Assembly (NCBI GenBank): GCA_018658105.1
Contig: JABHVW010000012.1
Coordinates: 9,604 to 73,603, forward strand
Origin: Candidatus Peregrinibacteria bacterium
GTDB taxonomy: Bacteria > Patescibacteriota > Gracilibacteria > UBA1369 > 2-02-FULL-48-14
Direction: 5' to 3'
DNA length: 64,000 bases
Below the pieces are notes generated by a model. That model was not told the DNA's origin, searched no databases, and worked only from the letters and a program-made list of their open reading frames with translations. The translations under genes and the position numbers were made by a program. Shown here piece after piece: positions 54,916-63,727 of this stretch (position 1 is its first letter; the number at the start of each line of letters is the position of its first letter).

Positions 54916-55731
54916 ATGAATGTTGGACGTATTTTGGAGCAGGCACAAAAGGAAGAACTCCGTGTAGAAATGGAGGTTTTTTTATCTGCGCTTTTAGATA
55001 CAGATCGACTGCAATTGCTTGCTCATCCTGAGGTGGAAATTCCGGTAGATAAGCTGGGTGATTTGCAAATAGCTTGGACTAAGATTAAAGAAGGTGTTCC
55101 GGTGGCTTACTTAATTAATGAAAAGGAATTTTATGGTTTGAATTTTTATGTTGATGAGAGGGTTTTGGTGCCACGTGGTGAAACTGAACGCTTAGTGGAT
55201 TATATTTTGGATAGGGCTCATGATTCGGCTCGTGTGCTTGAGCTTGGAACTGGCAGTGGGGCGATTGCGGTTTCTTTGAAAAAAACTAAGCCGAAATTTG
55301 AACTGACAGCTACGGATGTGAGCAAAGACGCTTTGAAAGTTGCTACTAAAAATTGTGCTTTGCATGATGTAGATTTGACGCTTTTGGAGTCTGACTTGTT
55401 AGAAAAAGTACCTCATGAAGATTATGATGTTTTGGTGGCTAATCTGCCTTATATTGGTGTTGAAACGAATAATTTTATTTCAGAAAACGTTAAACAACAT
55501 GAGCCGCATACTGCGCTTTTTGGCGGTAGTGATGGCTTAGCTTTATATGAAAAGCTATTTAAACAGATTAACGATCAAGAGAGGGCATTTAAGTTGATTT
55601 TGGGTGAAATCGGTTTTACTCAAGGTAGAGGGATTGAAGCTTTGGCACGAAAACATCTTTCTCATTATGAGTTTTCTTTGTGCCGTGATTATCAAGATTT
55701 AGATAGGCACTTTATTTTAGAGAGGAAATAA
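54916..55731 (+). CDS. prmC: Release factor glutamine N5-methyltransferase PrmC/HemK
   Basis: SAM motif LELGTGSGAIAV and the substrate motif variant ANLPYI. It sits immediately upstream of prfA. Confidence 0.88.
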   Translation: MNVGRILEQAQKEELRVEMEVFLSALLDTDRLQLLAHPEVEIPVDKLGDLQIAWTKIKEGVPVAYLINEKEFYGLNFYVDERVLVPRGETERLVDYILDRAHDSARVLELGTGSGAIAVSLKKTKPKFELTATDVSKDALKVATKNCALHDVDLTLLESDLLEKVPHEDYDVLVANLPYIGVETNNFISENVKQHEPHTALFGGSDGLALYEKLFKQINDQERAFKLILGEIGFTQGRGIEALARKHLSHYEFSLCRDYQDLDRHFILERK

Positions 55732-55748
55732 CCTAGTATGGCCGCGAA

Positions 55749-56816
55749 ATGAAAGATAAATTACAAAAATTAAAGGAGGAATTCGATGAGCTGGAAAAGC
55801 AAATGGCTGATCCTGAAGTTATTGCTGATCAACCGGTTTTTCAAAAACTAATTAAGAGACGTCGAGAAATTGAAAGAGCGGTGACTTTGTATGTTGAAAT
55901 GCAAGGTTACGAAAAAACAATTGAAGAAAGTGAGCAATTATTGAGTGATTCAGATGAAGAGATGCGCGAAATGGCAAAGGAGGAGTTGAAAGGGGCGAAA
56001 GAGAATCTAACAAAAGCAGAGGAGGAGTTGAAACTTGAGCTTGCGCCGAAAGATCCAAATGACGGGAAAAATTGTATTATGGAAATTCGTGCAGGTGCGG
56101 GTGGTACTGAAGCTGCGATTTTTGCTGAAGAAATGTCTAGAATGTATTTGCGTTACGTTAAAGAGCAGAAATTTTCTACAGAAATGATTAGTGAAAGTCC
56201 TGGTGATAAAGGTATGAAAGAGATGATTTTCAAAGTTAATGGCGCGAATGCATATGGCCGAATGAAATATGAAAGTGGTGTGCACAGGGTGCAACGTATT
56301 CCTGAGACTGAATCGAAAGGAAGAGTGCATACTTCGGCAGTTTCTGTTGTGGTTTTGCCTGAAGTTGAAGAGATGGATGTACAAATTGATCCGAATGATA
56401 TTAGAATTGATGTGTTTCGAAGTGGAGGAAACGGTGGGCAAAGTGTGAATACGACTGATTCGGCTGTTCGTTTGACGCACGTGCCGAGTGGTTTGATTGT
56501 GATTTGTCAGGATGAAAAGTCGCAGCATAAAAATAAGGCTAAGGCTATGGGTGTTTTGCGCTCACGTTTATATGCAGCAGAAGAGGAAAAACGGTCTAAA
56601 GAATTGGGTGAGGCGCGTTTAGCTCAGATTGGAAGTGGAGATCGTAGTGATAAAATTCGCACTTATAATTTCCCGCAAGATAGGGTGACGGATCACAGGA
56701 TCGGGAAAAATTTCAGTAATCTGCCAGGAATTATGGATGGCAATATTGACCAAATTGTGGAGTCTTTAATTATGGAAGATCAAACAAGGCGTTTGGCAGA
56801 AGCTTCAAAGGATTAG
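55749..56816 (+). CDS. prfA: Peptide chain release factor 1
   Basis: GGQ motif ([20 protein letters not shown]) and the P-x-T tripeptide region [15 protein letters not shown]. Confidence 0.95.
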   Translation: MKDKLQKLKEEFDELEKQMADPEVIADQPVFQKLIKRRREIERAVTLYVEMQGYEKTIEESEQLLSDSDEEMREMAKEELKGAKENLTKAEEELKLELAPKDPNDGKNCIMEIRAGAGGTEAAIFAEEMSRMYLRYVKEQKFSTEMISESPGDKGMKEMIFKVNGANAYGRMKYESGVHRVQRIPETESKGRVHTSAVSVVVLPEVEEMDVQIDPNDIRIDVFRSGGNGGQSVNTTDSAVRLTHVPSGLIVICQDEKSQHKNKAKAMGVLRSRLYAAEEEKRSKELGEARLAQIGSGDRSDKIRTYNFPQDRVTDHRIGKNFSNLPGIMDGNIDQIVESLIMEDQTRRLAEASKD

Positions 56817-57076
56817 TATCCGAATTGTTCTAATATGCCGTCGATTTGATTTGAGCCGGCATCTTCGATTTGTGTGCCAATAGTATTTGGTAAATCTGTG
56901 ATTGTATTTTGTACTTGTTCAAAAAGTATTACGCTACCGTAAATGCTCAATATGATGAGTGCAAACATTGGGAGTGTAATAAATACGAAACGTAGAGCGG
57001 CGCGTATTTGCATGCCTTTTAATTCTTTCTTTTTTAGATCTACAAGCTCTTGTAGGAGCATTTCAGTTTTTGCCAT
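56813..57076 (-). CDS. Small single-pass membrane protein (hypothetical)
   Basis: 87 aa with the TM segment [23 protein letters not shown]. Confidence 0.45.
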   Translation of the reverse strand: MAKTEMLLQELVDLKKKELKGMQIRAALRFVFITLPMFALIILSIYGSVILFEQVQNTITDLPNTIGTQIEDAGSNQIDGILEQFGY

Positions 57077-57114
57077 GGCGTAAGGGTGTTATGATGCGGG
57101 TGTAATTCTATCAT

Positions 57115-57882
57115 ATGTGGATTGATACTCATTGCCATCCTTTCGCGAAGCCTTTCAATAAAGATCGGGCTGAAATGATTCAGCGTGCTCGTGATGCTGG
57201 TGTAGATAAAATGATTTGTGTGGGTTTTAATCCATGGGCAAATAGAGAAACTTTGAAGCTTCTTGAAAAGTATGACTTTATGTATGGAACTTTGGGTGTG
57301 CACCCTTGTGATTGTGATGAGTTAACTGATGAGGAAATTGTTTGGATTCGTGAGGCGGCTTTGGCGAGGCTAGGGCGAATTGTTGGGATTGGTGAGACTG
57401 GTTTGGACTATCATCATATGAGCCATTCAAAAGAGGCACAGCAGGAGGCTTTTCGTAAACATATTCGTTTGGCAAAGGAGCTCAATTTAGTTTGCATTGT
57501 GCATTCGAGGGATGCTGCTGATGATACTTTGCGGATCTTGTTGGAAGAAAAAGCTGAAAAGGTTGTTTTTCATTGTTATAGTTATGGGCTTGAATTTGCT
57601 AAACAGGTTTGGGCTGAGGGCTTCTATACTTCATTTAGTGGAGTTGTTACTTATCCGCAGGCTGCCGATGTTCAGGAGGCGGCGAAGCATGCGCCGGCAG
57701 ATTTGATCTTGATTGAAACTGATTGCCCATATTTGGCGCCACAGTCAATAAGGGGTAAGCGAAATGAAATCTCGGGTGTAGTTGAGGTGGGGGAGAAGGT
57801 GGCGGAGCTTCGTGCTATGCAGCCTCAGCAACTTGCCACTCAGCTAAGTAGCAATTTCCAGACCTGCTTTATGAGCTCTTAA
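57115..57882 (+). CDS. tatD: TatD-family metal-dependent hydrolase/DNase
   Basis: MWIDTHCHP start, GETGLDY, IVHSRDA and ETDCPYLAP. Confidence 0.9.
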   Translation: MWIDTHCHPFAKPFNKDRAEMIQRARDAGVDKMICVGFNPWANRETLKLLEKYDFMYGTLGVHPCDCDELTDEEIVWIREAALARLGRIVGIGETGLDYHHMSHSKEAQQEAFRKHIRLAKELNLVCIVHSRDAADDTLRILLEEKAEKVVFHCYSYGLEFAKQVWAEGFYTSFSGVVTYPQAADVQEAAKHAPADLILIETDCPYLAPQSIRGKRNEISGVVEVGEKVAELRAMQPQQLATQLSSNFQTCFMSS

Positions 57883-59619
57883 TCGTTTTCTAGTTGCTGT
57901 GTTTAAGGCTACTATTTCAGGATGACTAGTGTCGCGATGTAGAATAGCGTTAACTTCAAGCCCTCTTTCGAGATCATAGTACCAATGGCTCTTTGGGGAG
58001 TTCATGTCGTTACTTGCTCTAAATTCATCTTCTAAAATTATTTGAATTTCTACTTTTGTTCCAGGATTTTCTGCTGTCCCTGTATAACCGCATATTTTCA
58101 TTGCCCTGTATTTGGCTGATTTTCTGTTTTTACCATTTCCTTTGAAGTTATTTTTGACCATAAATTCACCAGGATTTAGTTCGTCTCTGGTTTTCCCATC
58201 TGCGTGTGCCATTCCTAGCTTTTGTCCTGTTTCTATACCAATCTCTCTTAACTCTTGAATTTTCTTTGGATCCAAATCTTCATAATTTAGATCCCACATT
58301 ATAAGAGTACCAGCGATATAGTCTGGAATGTCTTCTAAGTCGTAGCTTGGGTAAATTAGTAGCTTTGTTTCTACAGAGTCTTCTGTTTTAAATCTAAGGT
58401 CTACAAAATGTACTCGCTGCTCGCTATCGCTCCCCTTTATTTTACGAAGGCTCACTCGTATATCATTTCCATCTGTAGTAGCTTCTTTTACAATTCTTTT
58501 CTCTGAATCTCTGAATATGGTGATAACCTCTGTGGCTTCAGTTAAGATTTCTTCAGCAAGGATTCTATCAATTTTCTCACAAGCAGATTCTGTTTTTTGG
58601 AATAACTCATTTTTTAAAATTAGATAAAATAAACCACTTAAATGTGCAACCGCTTTCATGGTTGCTCTGTCTGCGATGCTGCCCCCTTCGGATGCATGTA
58701 GTGCGTAATTTAACATTGCATATAGGCTGTTACATCGAAAGATTATGGATCCGTCTACTGAACCTTCTTGTGTATCTGTATCATCACCTTCTGTTGAGTC
58801 GGTTAATCTAATCAATCTTTTATTTGCTGTAGAGAGCTTCTCAAGGTGTTTGAAATAGTAACTCCAGGCAAGTTGTCTACTTGATACAAGTAGATTTTGA
58901 TCAAGATCAGTCAGACCAAGTTTTTCTGCTAAGATGGTATCTTTTTCTTCGGGGGTTTTTCTTTGTCCATTTATTTCTTCTTTTGCTAGGGCCACTGCAT
59001 CGCGGATTTCTTTTGCAGAAAATATGGTGTCGCCAAGTCCTATAACTTTTTGTTTGTCAAAGCGTTCAATGGCTTCTCTTAACAGGTAAATGAGAGTATT
59101 CTTAACTGTATCTTTAGCTTTATTTCTTGTTTCATCATGTACCGTATGAGTCTCTTCGATAATTGCCTTTACTAAAGCTTCAGATAAAGCATCAAGTTGT
59201 TCGTAAACACGTTCTTCGTTGATTACAAAAGGGAAGAAACCAAGTACATTTCTGAATTTTATAGGGGTTAATTCAGTGACATAATCTAGATCATCTGCAA
59301 TCAATTGTTTTTCAGCATCAACTGCGATTTTCGTTGGCATTCTTTTGCCAACGAAATGAGCGTAAATTGGATTATCTCTGATCCCAGCGGGGATTTCGAA
59401 TGTTTCACTTTTTAAACAATGGTCAATTGCGAATAATACTGCTTTGATCGCTAAATCTATCTCTTCTTTGCTTGTAGCTGTTTCGACATCTTGTTGAAAT
59501 CGAGATAGTTCCGGATGAGGAATATCTTTTACGTTTGAAGCGGCAAGTTGTCCAATTGTGTTTTCACGTAGTACGCGATTACCATCTGGGTCAACTGCTG
59601 AAATACGTAGAGGTTTCAT
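57844..59619 (-). CDS. Protein with a C-terminal RelA/SpoT-like (RSH, small-alarmone-synthetase-type) nucleotidyltransferase domain and an N-terminal region of about 400 aa of unknown function
   Basis: Ordered motifs against B. subtilis SAS (YjbM): LRFKTEDSVETKL vs GRVKPVASILEKA; DYIAGTLIM vs DIAGLRIM; KYRAMKI vs GYRSYHL; KVEIQI...SHWYYD vs LVEIQIRT...HSLNYKY. It lies 35 nt downstream of radA on the same strand. Confidence 0.65.
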   Translation of the reverse strand: MKPLRISAVDPDGNRVLRENTIGQLAASNVKDIPHPELSRFQQDVETATSKEEIDLAIKAVLFAIDHCLKSETFEIPAGIRDNPIYAHFVGKRMPTKIAVDAEKQLIADDLDYVTELTPIKFRNVLGFFPFVINEERVYEQLDALSEALVKAIIEETHTVHDETRNKAKDTVKNTLIYLLREAIERFDKQKVIGLGDTIFSAKEIRDAVALAKEEINGQRKTPEEKDTILAEKLGLTDLDQNLLVSSRQLAWSYYFKHLEKLSTANKRLIRLTDSTEGDDTDTQEGSVDGSIIFRCNSLYAMLNYALHASEGGSIADRATMKAVAHLSGLFYLILKNELFQKTESACEKIDRILAEEILTEATEVITIFRDSEKRIVKEATTDGNDIRVSLRKIKGSDSEQRVHFVDLRFKTEDSVETKLLIYPSYDLEDIPDYIAGTLIMWDLNYEDLDPKKIQELREIGIETGQKLGMAHADGKTRDELNPGEFMVKNNFKGNGKNRKSAKYRAMKICGYTGTAENPGTKVEIQIILEDEFRASNDMNSPKSHWYYDLERGLEVNAILHRDTSHPEIVALNTATRKRLRAHKAGLEIAT

Positions 59620-59654
59620 AAAACAGGGTAAGGTTCAAATTTACCCATAATGCA

Positions 59655-60950
59655 CTAATTTGTCAAGTTTTTGATCTGGTTAAGTAGGCATTTATTTAGT
59701 CCGAGTTTCTTTGCAGTTTTGTCTCTTTCTTTCTCTCTTCGAACTGGACGGATTTCACCTGTTAAGCCAACTTCACCGTAAGCACATGTGTTTTTGGGCA
59801 ATGGCTTTTTAGCAAAACTGGAGGAAATTGCAAGGCAAATGGCAAGGTCTGCGGCGGGGTCACGTAGGCGAAGTCCACCGACAATATTGATATATACATC
59901 GTGTTCGTGGAGTTTAATTTTGCTGTGTTTTTGCATAACAGCAATTAATAATTCGAGACGATTTTTGTCGAAGCCACTCGCGGCTCTTTTAGGGTAGCCA
60001 AAGTGAGTGTGGCTTACTAAAGCCTGAACTTCTATTACAAGAGGTCGATTGCCTTCCATGGTAATTGTGAGGCAACTGCCTATTGAGTTTTCTGGTCTGG
60101 ATTCAATTAATTTTTGGCCGGGATTTTTAAGTTCAATTAAACCTTTCTCTTGCATCTCGAAGATCCCAATTTCGCTGATGCTTCCAAAGCGATTTTTTAA
60201 TGCCCGAAGCATTCGGAGCTCGTGGTCGCGTTCACCTTCAATTATTAAAACTGTGTCTACTAGATGTTCAAGGAGTTTTGGGCCTGCGATGTTACCGTCT
60301 TTAGTTACGTGGCCGATTAAAAGGGTAGGTATGCCGAGGGTTTTGATCGTATTCATTATTGCCTCGGTAACGTACCTTACTTGGCTTAAACTGCCAGCTA
60401 CGCCTGAGATTTCTTGTGAGGCGATTACCTGGATGGAATCCAAAACTAAAAATTCTGGTTTTTCTTTGTTGATAGTTTCAATAATATTTTCGAGATTTGT
60501 TTCGTATAAGATTTCTATATTTTCTTGAGTGACACCAAGCCTTTTTGCTCTGCTAGAAATTTGCTCAACAGATTCTTCGCCACTGATGTAGATAACTTTT
60601 TCTTTCTGTTTTGCTATGCGGTCAACAATTTGCAAGGTGAGGGTTGATTTGCCTATTCCTGGCTCACCGGAAAGTAGAATTAAGCTACCTTCAACAATTC
60701 CGCCACCGAGTACTTGGTCGAACTCTTCAATATTTGTTTTGCAACGTTCTTTTGTTTTTGGGATTTCACTTATTTTTTTTGGTTTTTCGCGTGTTCGAGG
60801 ACGAACAACACTAGAAATTTTTGCTGCTTTACCAACATTGATTACGTCTTCTACAAAGCTGTTCCAACTTTCACAAGATGGGCATTTGCCTACCCATTTA
60901 CTTGTTTGGAATTCACATTTTTGGCAGAGGAAAACTGTTTTTAATTTCAT
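59655..60950 (-). CDS. radA: DNA repair protein RadA/Sms
   Basis: Start at MKLKTVFLCQKCEFQTSKWVGKCPSCESWNSF (zinc ribbon); the track ORF begins 15 codons earlier. Walker A GEPGIGKST, the KNRFG motif, and a Lon-like C-terminal domain. Confidence 0.92.
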   Translation of the reverse strand: MKLKTVFLCQKCEFQTSKWVGKCPSCESWNSFVEDVINVGKAAKISSVVRPRTREKPKKISEIPKTKERCKTNIEEFDQVLGGGIVEGSLILLSGEPGIGKSTLTLQIVDRIAKQKEKVIYISGEESVEQISSRAKRLGVTQENIEILYETNLENIIETINKEKPEFLVLDSIQVIASQEISGVAGSLSQVRYVTEAIMNTIKTLGIPTLLIGHVTKDGNIAGPKLLEHLVDTVLIIEGERDHELRMLRALKNRFGSISEIGIFEMQEKGLIELKNPGQKLIESRPENSIGSCLTITMEGNRPLVIEVQALVSHTHFGYPKRAASGFDKNRLELLIAVMQKHSKIKLHEHDVYINIVGGLRLRDPAADLAICLAISSSFAKKPLPKNTCAYGEVGLTGEIRPVRREKERDKTAKKLGLNKCLLNQIKNLTN

Positions 60951-60988
60951 GTGTATATTGTAGCGTTTATGATGTTGGTTTGCACCCA

Positions 60989-61017
60989 TTGACATCTCGA
61001 ATTTTATTGTGTAATAT
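60989..61017 (+). promoter_or_regulatory. Sigma70-like promoter TTGACA-17-TGtgTAATAT
   Basis: TTGACA at 60989-60994 and TAATAT at 61012-61017, upstream of the ATG at 61033. Confidence 0.5.
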
Positions 61018-61032
61018 TCGCTGGATTTAAAA

Positions 61033-61467
61033 ATGTTTATGTATACTCCTCTGTTGTCACCATCGATTGGTAAGATTCGAATAGTTGTTGAATCTGTTTC
61101 AAGAGTGAGGGAGGTATTAAGTGATGTTACTGATGTATTTGCTGGTATGGTACATAGGATTCTGTGTGTTTCAACGTGTTCAGTTTTATCTTTTGTAGTT
61201 AAGTTTGGAGATAGATTGACTTCTGTTACGAAGGATGATCTTAAAAAAGTTGATACTCCAATTTCTATGCATGCTAGGGCTCAATCTATGCTTCCTGAAA
61301 TTCCTGTTATTCAGAGAGGTGTTTTCCCTCCAATTGATTTAACTGCTTTAGCTCCTCTAACTTCTATAGCTACTGATGTTATTGAGGAAGATGCTCCTGA
61401 GGAACCTAAAGTTATTGAGTATTTTCTTAGACTTGTTCCTGATCTTGAGGAGGATAATTCTAATTAG
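61033..61467 (+). CDS. Hypothetical protein
   Basis: 144-aa ORF behind a good promoter, with no recognised motif. Confidence 0.4.
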   Translation: MFMYTPLLSPSIGKIRIVVESVSRVREVLSDVTDVFAGMVHRILCVSTCSVLSFVVKFGDRLTSVTKDDLKKVDTPISMHARAQSMLPEIPVIQRGVFPPIDLTALAPLTSIATDVIEEDAPEEPKVIEYFLRLVPDLEEDNSN

Positions 61468-61515
61468 TAATAAACTTGAGTCTGGGCTCGCACTTTGTTA
61501 GGATCCTTTCGGTGT

Positions 61516-61591
61516 GGATCAGTAGCTCAGTTGGTAGAGCATCGGACTCTTAATCCGCTGGTCCTGGGTTCAAGTCCCAGCTGATCCACCA
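61516..61591 (+). tRNA. tRNA-Lys (anticodon CTT), CCA encoded
   Basis: Aligns position by position with E. coli tRNA-Lys. Acceptor GGATCAG/CTGATCC, anticodon loop CTCTTAA, T arm CTGGG-TTCAAGT-CCCAG. Confidence 0.9.
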
Positions 61592-61596
61592 TTTTT

Positions 61597-61720
61597 CACG
61601 AAAGGGCACCGAAGGTTCCCTCTCGTGGGCTCTCCCTCCTAGCTGTTATTCGTCATCATAGCTTCACTTAGGCTCGTGATTTTTTTCTTAGGGAACCCAC
61701 AAGACCCTAAGAAAAATCAC
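61597..61720 (+). other. Two long imperfect hairpins in the 250-nt non-coding tract after tRNA-Lys (61597-61627 and 61676-61720); candidate structured RNA or processing element
   Basis: Hairpin 1 is CACGAAAGGGCACC-GAA-GGTTCCCTCTCGTG, with 12 pairs and 2 mismatches. Hairpin 2 is GTGATTTTTTTCTTAGGG-N11-CCCTAAGAAAAATCAC, with 16 pairs and a 2-nt bulge. TCACGAAAG recurs at 61596 and 61769. Confidence 0.4.
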
Positions 61721-61793
61721 TACGCGTGCTCAGCTCTTCTTCCTCATGCTTTTTAGCGCAATTAAATCTCACGAAAGCAAAACCTAGCGGCTA

Positions 61794-61821
61794 TTGACAA
61801 AAGCTGAGTTTAATGTAGAGT
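61794..61821 (+). promoter_or_regulatory. Candidate promoter TTGACA-16-TAGAGT
   Basis: Read directly, 20 nt upstream of the ATG at 61842. Confidence 0.4.
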
Positions 61822-61841
61822 GATGGTCTAATCAAATATAT

Positions 61842-62201
61842 ATGTTATCAGATGGATTATCTTCAAGAAGGGGTGAAAAAATTGCGATGAGTATTGCTTG
61901 CATGGGACTTGGGGTGATTACTTTTACGATCTTGGATGAAGTAGCCGGTTTTTCAAAACGAGTCAAAGCCATGACATCTGCTAATGATGTAGAGCTAACA
62001 GTTGTTGAGGCAGATACGGATGGCTGTGATAGAAATTGTGAGCTAGCTGTACTTGAAAAAATGCTAAGTGAATCTGATGGGACTTGTGTGGATACTAAGT
62101 ATCGTAGACTTATTATGGCTCGTTGCCCTGAGCTATCCAGTGTAGGCTATTGCATTAAGGTTGATGCTGTACCTGAATTGATTGATGCGCATTGCGACTA
62201 G
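61842..62201 (+). CDS. Hypothetical Cys-rich protein with one N-terminal TM segment
   Basis: 119-aa ORF with the TM segment IAMSIACMGLGVITFTIL and six further Cys residues. Confidence 0.42.
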   Translation: MLSDGLSSRRGEKIAMSIACMGLGVITFTILDEVAGFSKRVKAMTSANDVELTVVEADTDGCDRNCELAVLEKMLSESDGTCVDTKYRRLIMARCPELSSVGYCIKVDAVPELIDAHCD

Positions 62202-62491
62202 AGCCCTGCATACAGGAAAATGGAAAGTATTGTGCCAATGCTAGCAAGGGCGCATGCTGCGCCGCCGATTTTGATGTTGATGAGTAGGAATTTTTTGCCG
62301 AACATTTGTATCATTGCACGTTGTGACCATGCGTTTGGGCCGGCGAACCAAATTAGACCAAAGAGGTCTTTTCTTTTGCCTGATTTGTAATCGTCGAGAT
62401 TTTTTTCTGCGTCTTTAACTCTTAAAAGTACTTGTGCGCTTTTTGCGAAAAAGATAAATGCGAATATTGAAAAGATTATGTATTGGATCAT
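62198..62491 (-). CDS. Small two-TM membrane protein (hypothetical)
   Basis: 97-aa ORF with hydrophobic N- and C-terminal segments. Confidence 0.45.
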   Translation of the reverse strand: MIQYIIFSIFAFIFFAKSAQVLLRVKDAEKNLDDYKSGKRKDLFGLIWFAGPNAWSQRAMIQMFGKKFLLINIKIGGAACALASIGTILSIFLYAGL

Positions 62492-62597
62492 GTGGTGTGG
62501 TTAATTGAGGTAATGGTAACACTCGTTACATTTTGGACCAAGTTTGCTGTTGCGTTTTTTTGTTTACTGGTAAAATTTGAATACTTAAATTGAATTT

Positions 62598-63140
62598 ATG
62601 AATACTCGAAATGATATTATTGCAGGACTTTGTTTTGTAATTCCTTTGGCTGAAATTCGAAGTACGCCAAGTGTGCAGTTTCATAATATTCCGGGGATTG
62701 TGGAGGGGCTTTCGGCTGTGGATAGGGTCGAGCATCAGGCTGGGGCGCAGAGCCCGAGTATTGCCGAAGATGATTGTGCTAGGCCTTGGTATATGCATCC
62801 GAATCAGGAAGATAATTTGATTGTTTTCGAAGGTAAGCGTGTTGTGGATTTATATAATATTGCTCATGCGAAAGTTGAGACTTTTGAAGTTTATAAGAAT
62901 AAGCTTTTGCATAATGGCGAAATTATTCATGAGGGGGCGCATATTTTTGGTTGGCCTACGGATGTTTTTCATAGGGTTCAAAGCCCAGATGGAAGTCTTT
63001 CAATGAATTTTGCAAGACACTTTGATGGATTTGATATTAAGTCGAATTTTAATATTTATGATTTGGATGAAGCCAGTGGTGAATATAGAGTTTTGAGGGC
63101 TGGGCATTTGGATCAGCCAAAGGTAGAAATAGGCGAGTAA
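62598..63140 (+). CDS. Cupin-fold (RmlC-like) protein, function unknown
   Basis: WYMHPNQEDNLIVFEGKRVVDLY...GAHIFGWPTDVFHRV resembles the cupin two-motif pattern. Confidence 0.45.
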   Translation: MNTRNDIIAGLCFVIPLAEIRSTPSVQFHNIPGIVEGLSAVDRVEHQAGAQSPSIAEDDCARPWYMHPNQEDNLIVFEGKRVVDLYNIAHAKVETFEVYKNKLLHNGEIIHEGAHIFGWPTDVFHRVQSPDGSLSMNFARHFDGFDIKSNFNIYDLDEASGEYRVLRAGHLDQPKVEIGE

Positions 63141-63196
63141 TTTTTTGCATGAAGATGGACCTTCTGGTTCTGATGTGATACAAATCTTGTACGAAT

Positions 63197-63271
63197 GGCA
63201 AGGTGGCGGAGCGGTTACGCAGCGGTTTGCAAAACCGTACCACACGGGTTCGAATCCCGTCCTTGCCTCCA
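63197..63271 (+). tRNA. tRNA-Cys (anticodon GCA), CCA encoded
   Basis: Acceptor GGCAAGG/CCTTGCC, anticodon arm GCGGT-TTGCAAA-ACCGT, T arm ACGGG-TTCGAAT-CCCGT, discriminator T plus CCA. Confidence 0.9.
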
Positions 63272-63326
63272 AATCTCACTTAATTCGCATTGTTGTGTGG
63301 GCTAGGCTTTGTTAAACTGCGCCCGT

Positions 63327-63413
63327 GCCTGGGTGGTGGAATTGGTAGACACGCGAGACTTAAAATCTCGTTTCCTCCGGGAAGTGCGGGTTCAATTCCC
63401 GCCCTAGGCACCA
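63327..63413 (+). tRNA. tRNA-Leu (anticodon TAA), long variable arm, CCA encoded
   Basis: Acceptor GCCTGGG/CCTAGGC (one G-T pair), anticodon arm CGAGA-CTTAAAA-TCTCG, variable arm TTCC-TCCG-GGAA, T arm GCGGG-TTCAATT-CCCGC. Confidence 0.9.
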
Positions 63414-63427
63414 CTTAATTTTTTATT

Positions 63428-63727
63428 ATGGAGAATTTTGCCGTTGAATATTTAGATAGGACTGATCTAACTTTTAATGAGGGATTAACTGCATATCTTG
63501 ATTCTCATGAGAAGTTAGATGCTATTACGCTTTCTGAGTTAGATGGCATTATGGATATGTCTGCTCCTGAATTTATTTCAGCCTTGGTAAAGGCGAATAT
63601 TTCACATGTTTTAGCATGTACTGAAAGTTTAATTGTTGCATTCGAAAATGGCTGGCTTGAATTAGCTGTGAGGGTGGCTGGGCCGGTTGTGGCATTAGAC
63701 ACTTTACTTAGATTTTTTGATTACTAG
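63428..63727 (+). CDS. Hypothetical small acidic protein
   Basis: 99-aa ORF whose 3' end overlaps the convergent lgt by 24 nt. Confidence 0.4.
   Translation: MENFAVEYLDRTDLTFNEGLTAYLDSHEKLDAITLSELDGIMDMSAPEFISALVKANISHVLACTESLIVAFENGWLELAVRVAGPVVALDTLLRFFDY

Noticed and set aside
61592-61841. Integrated element, attachment site, or a known housekeeping RNA (SRP RNA, tmRNA, RNase P, 6S) after tRNA-Lys
   Set aside because: There is no integrase or recombinase nearby, and no duplicate of the tRNA 3' end in the window. I could not find the conserved SRP domain IV, the tmRNA tag or tRNA-like end, or RNase P P4 motifs. I kept it only as an unexplained structured region.
63000-63279. Two minus-strand ORFs (90 and 76 aa)
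   Set aside because: They overlap tRNA-Cys in antisense and the 3' end of the cupin gene. They have no motif support.
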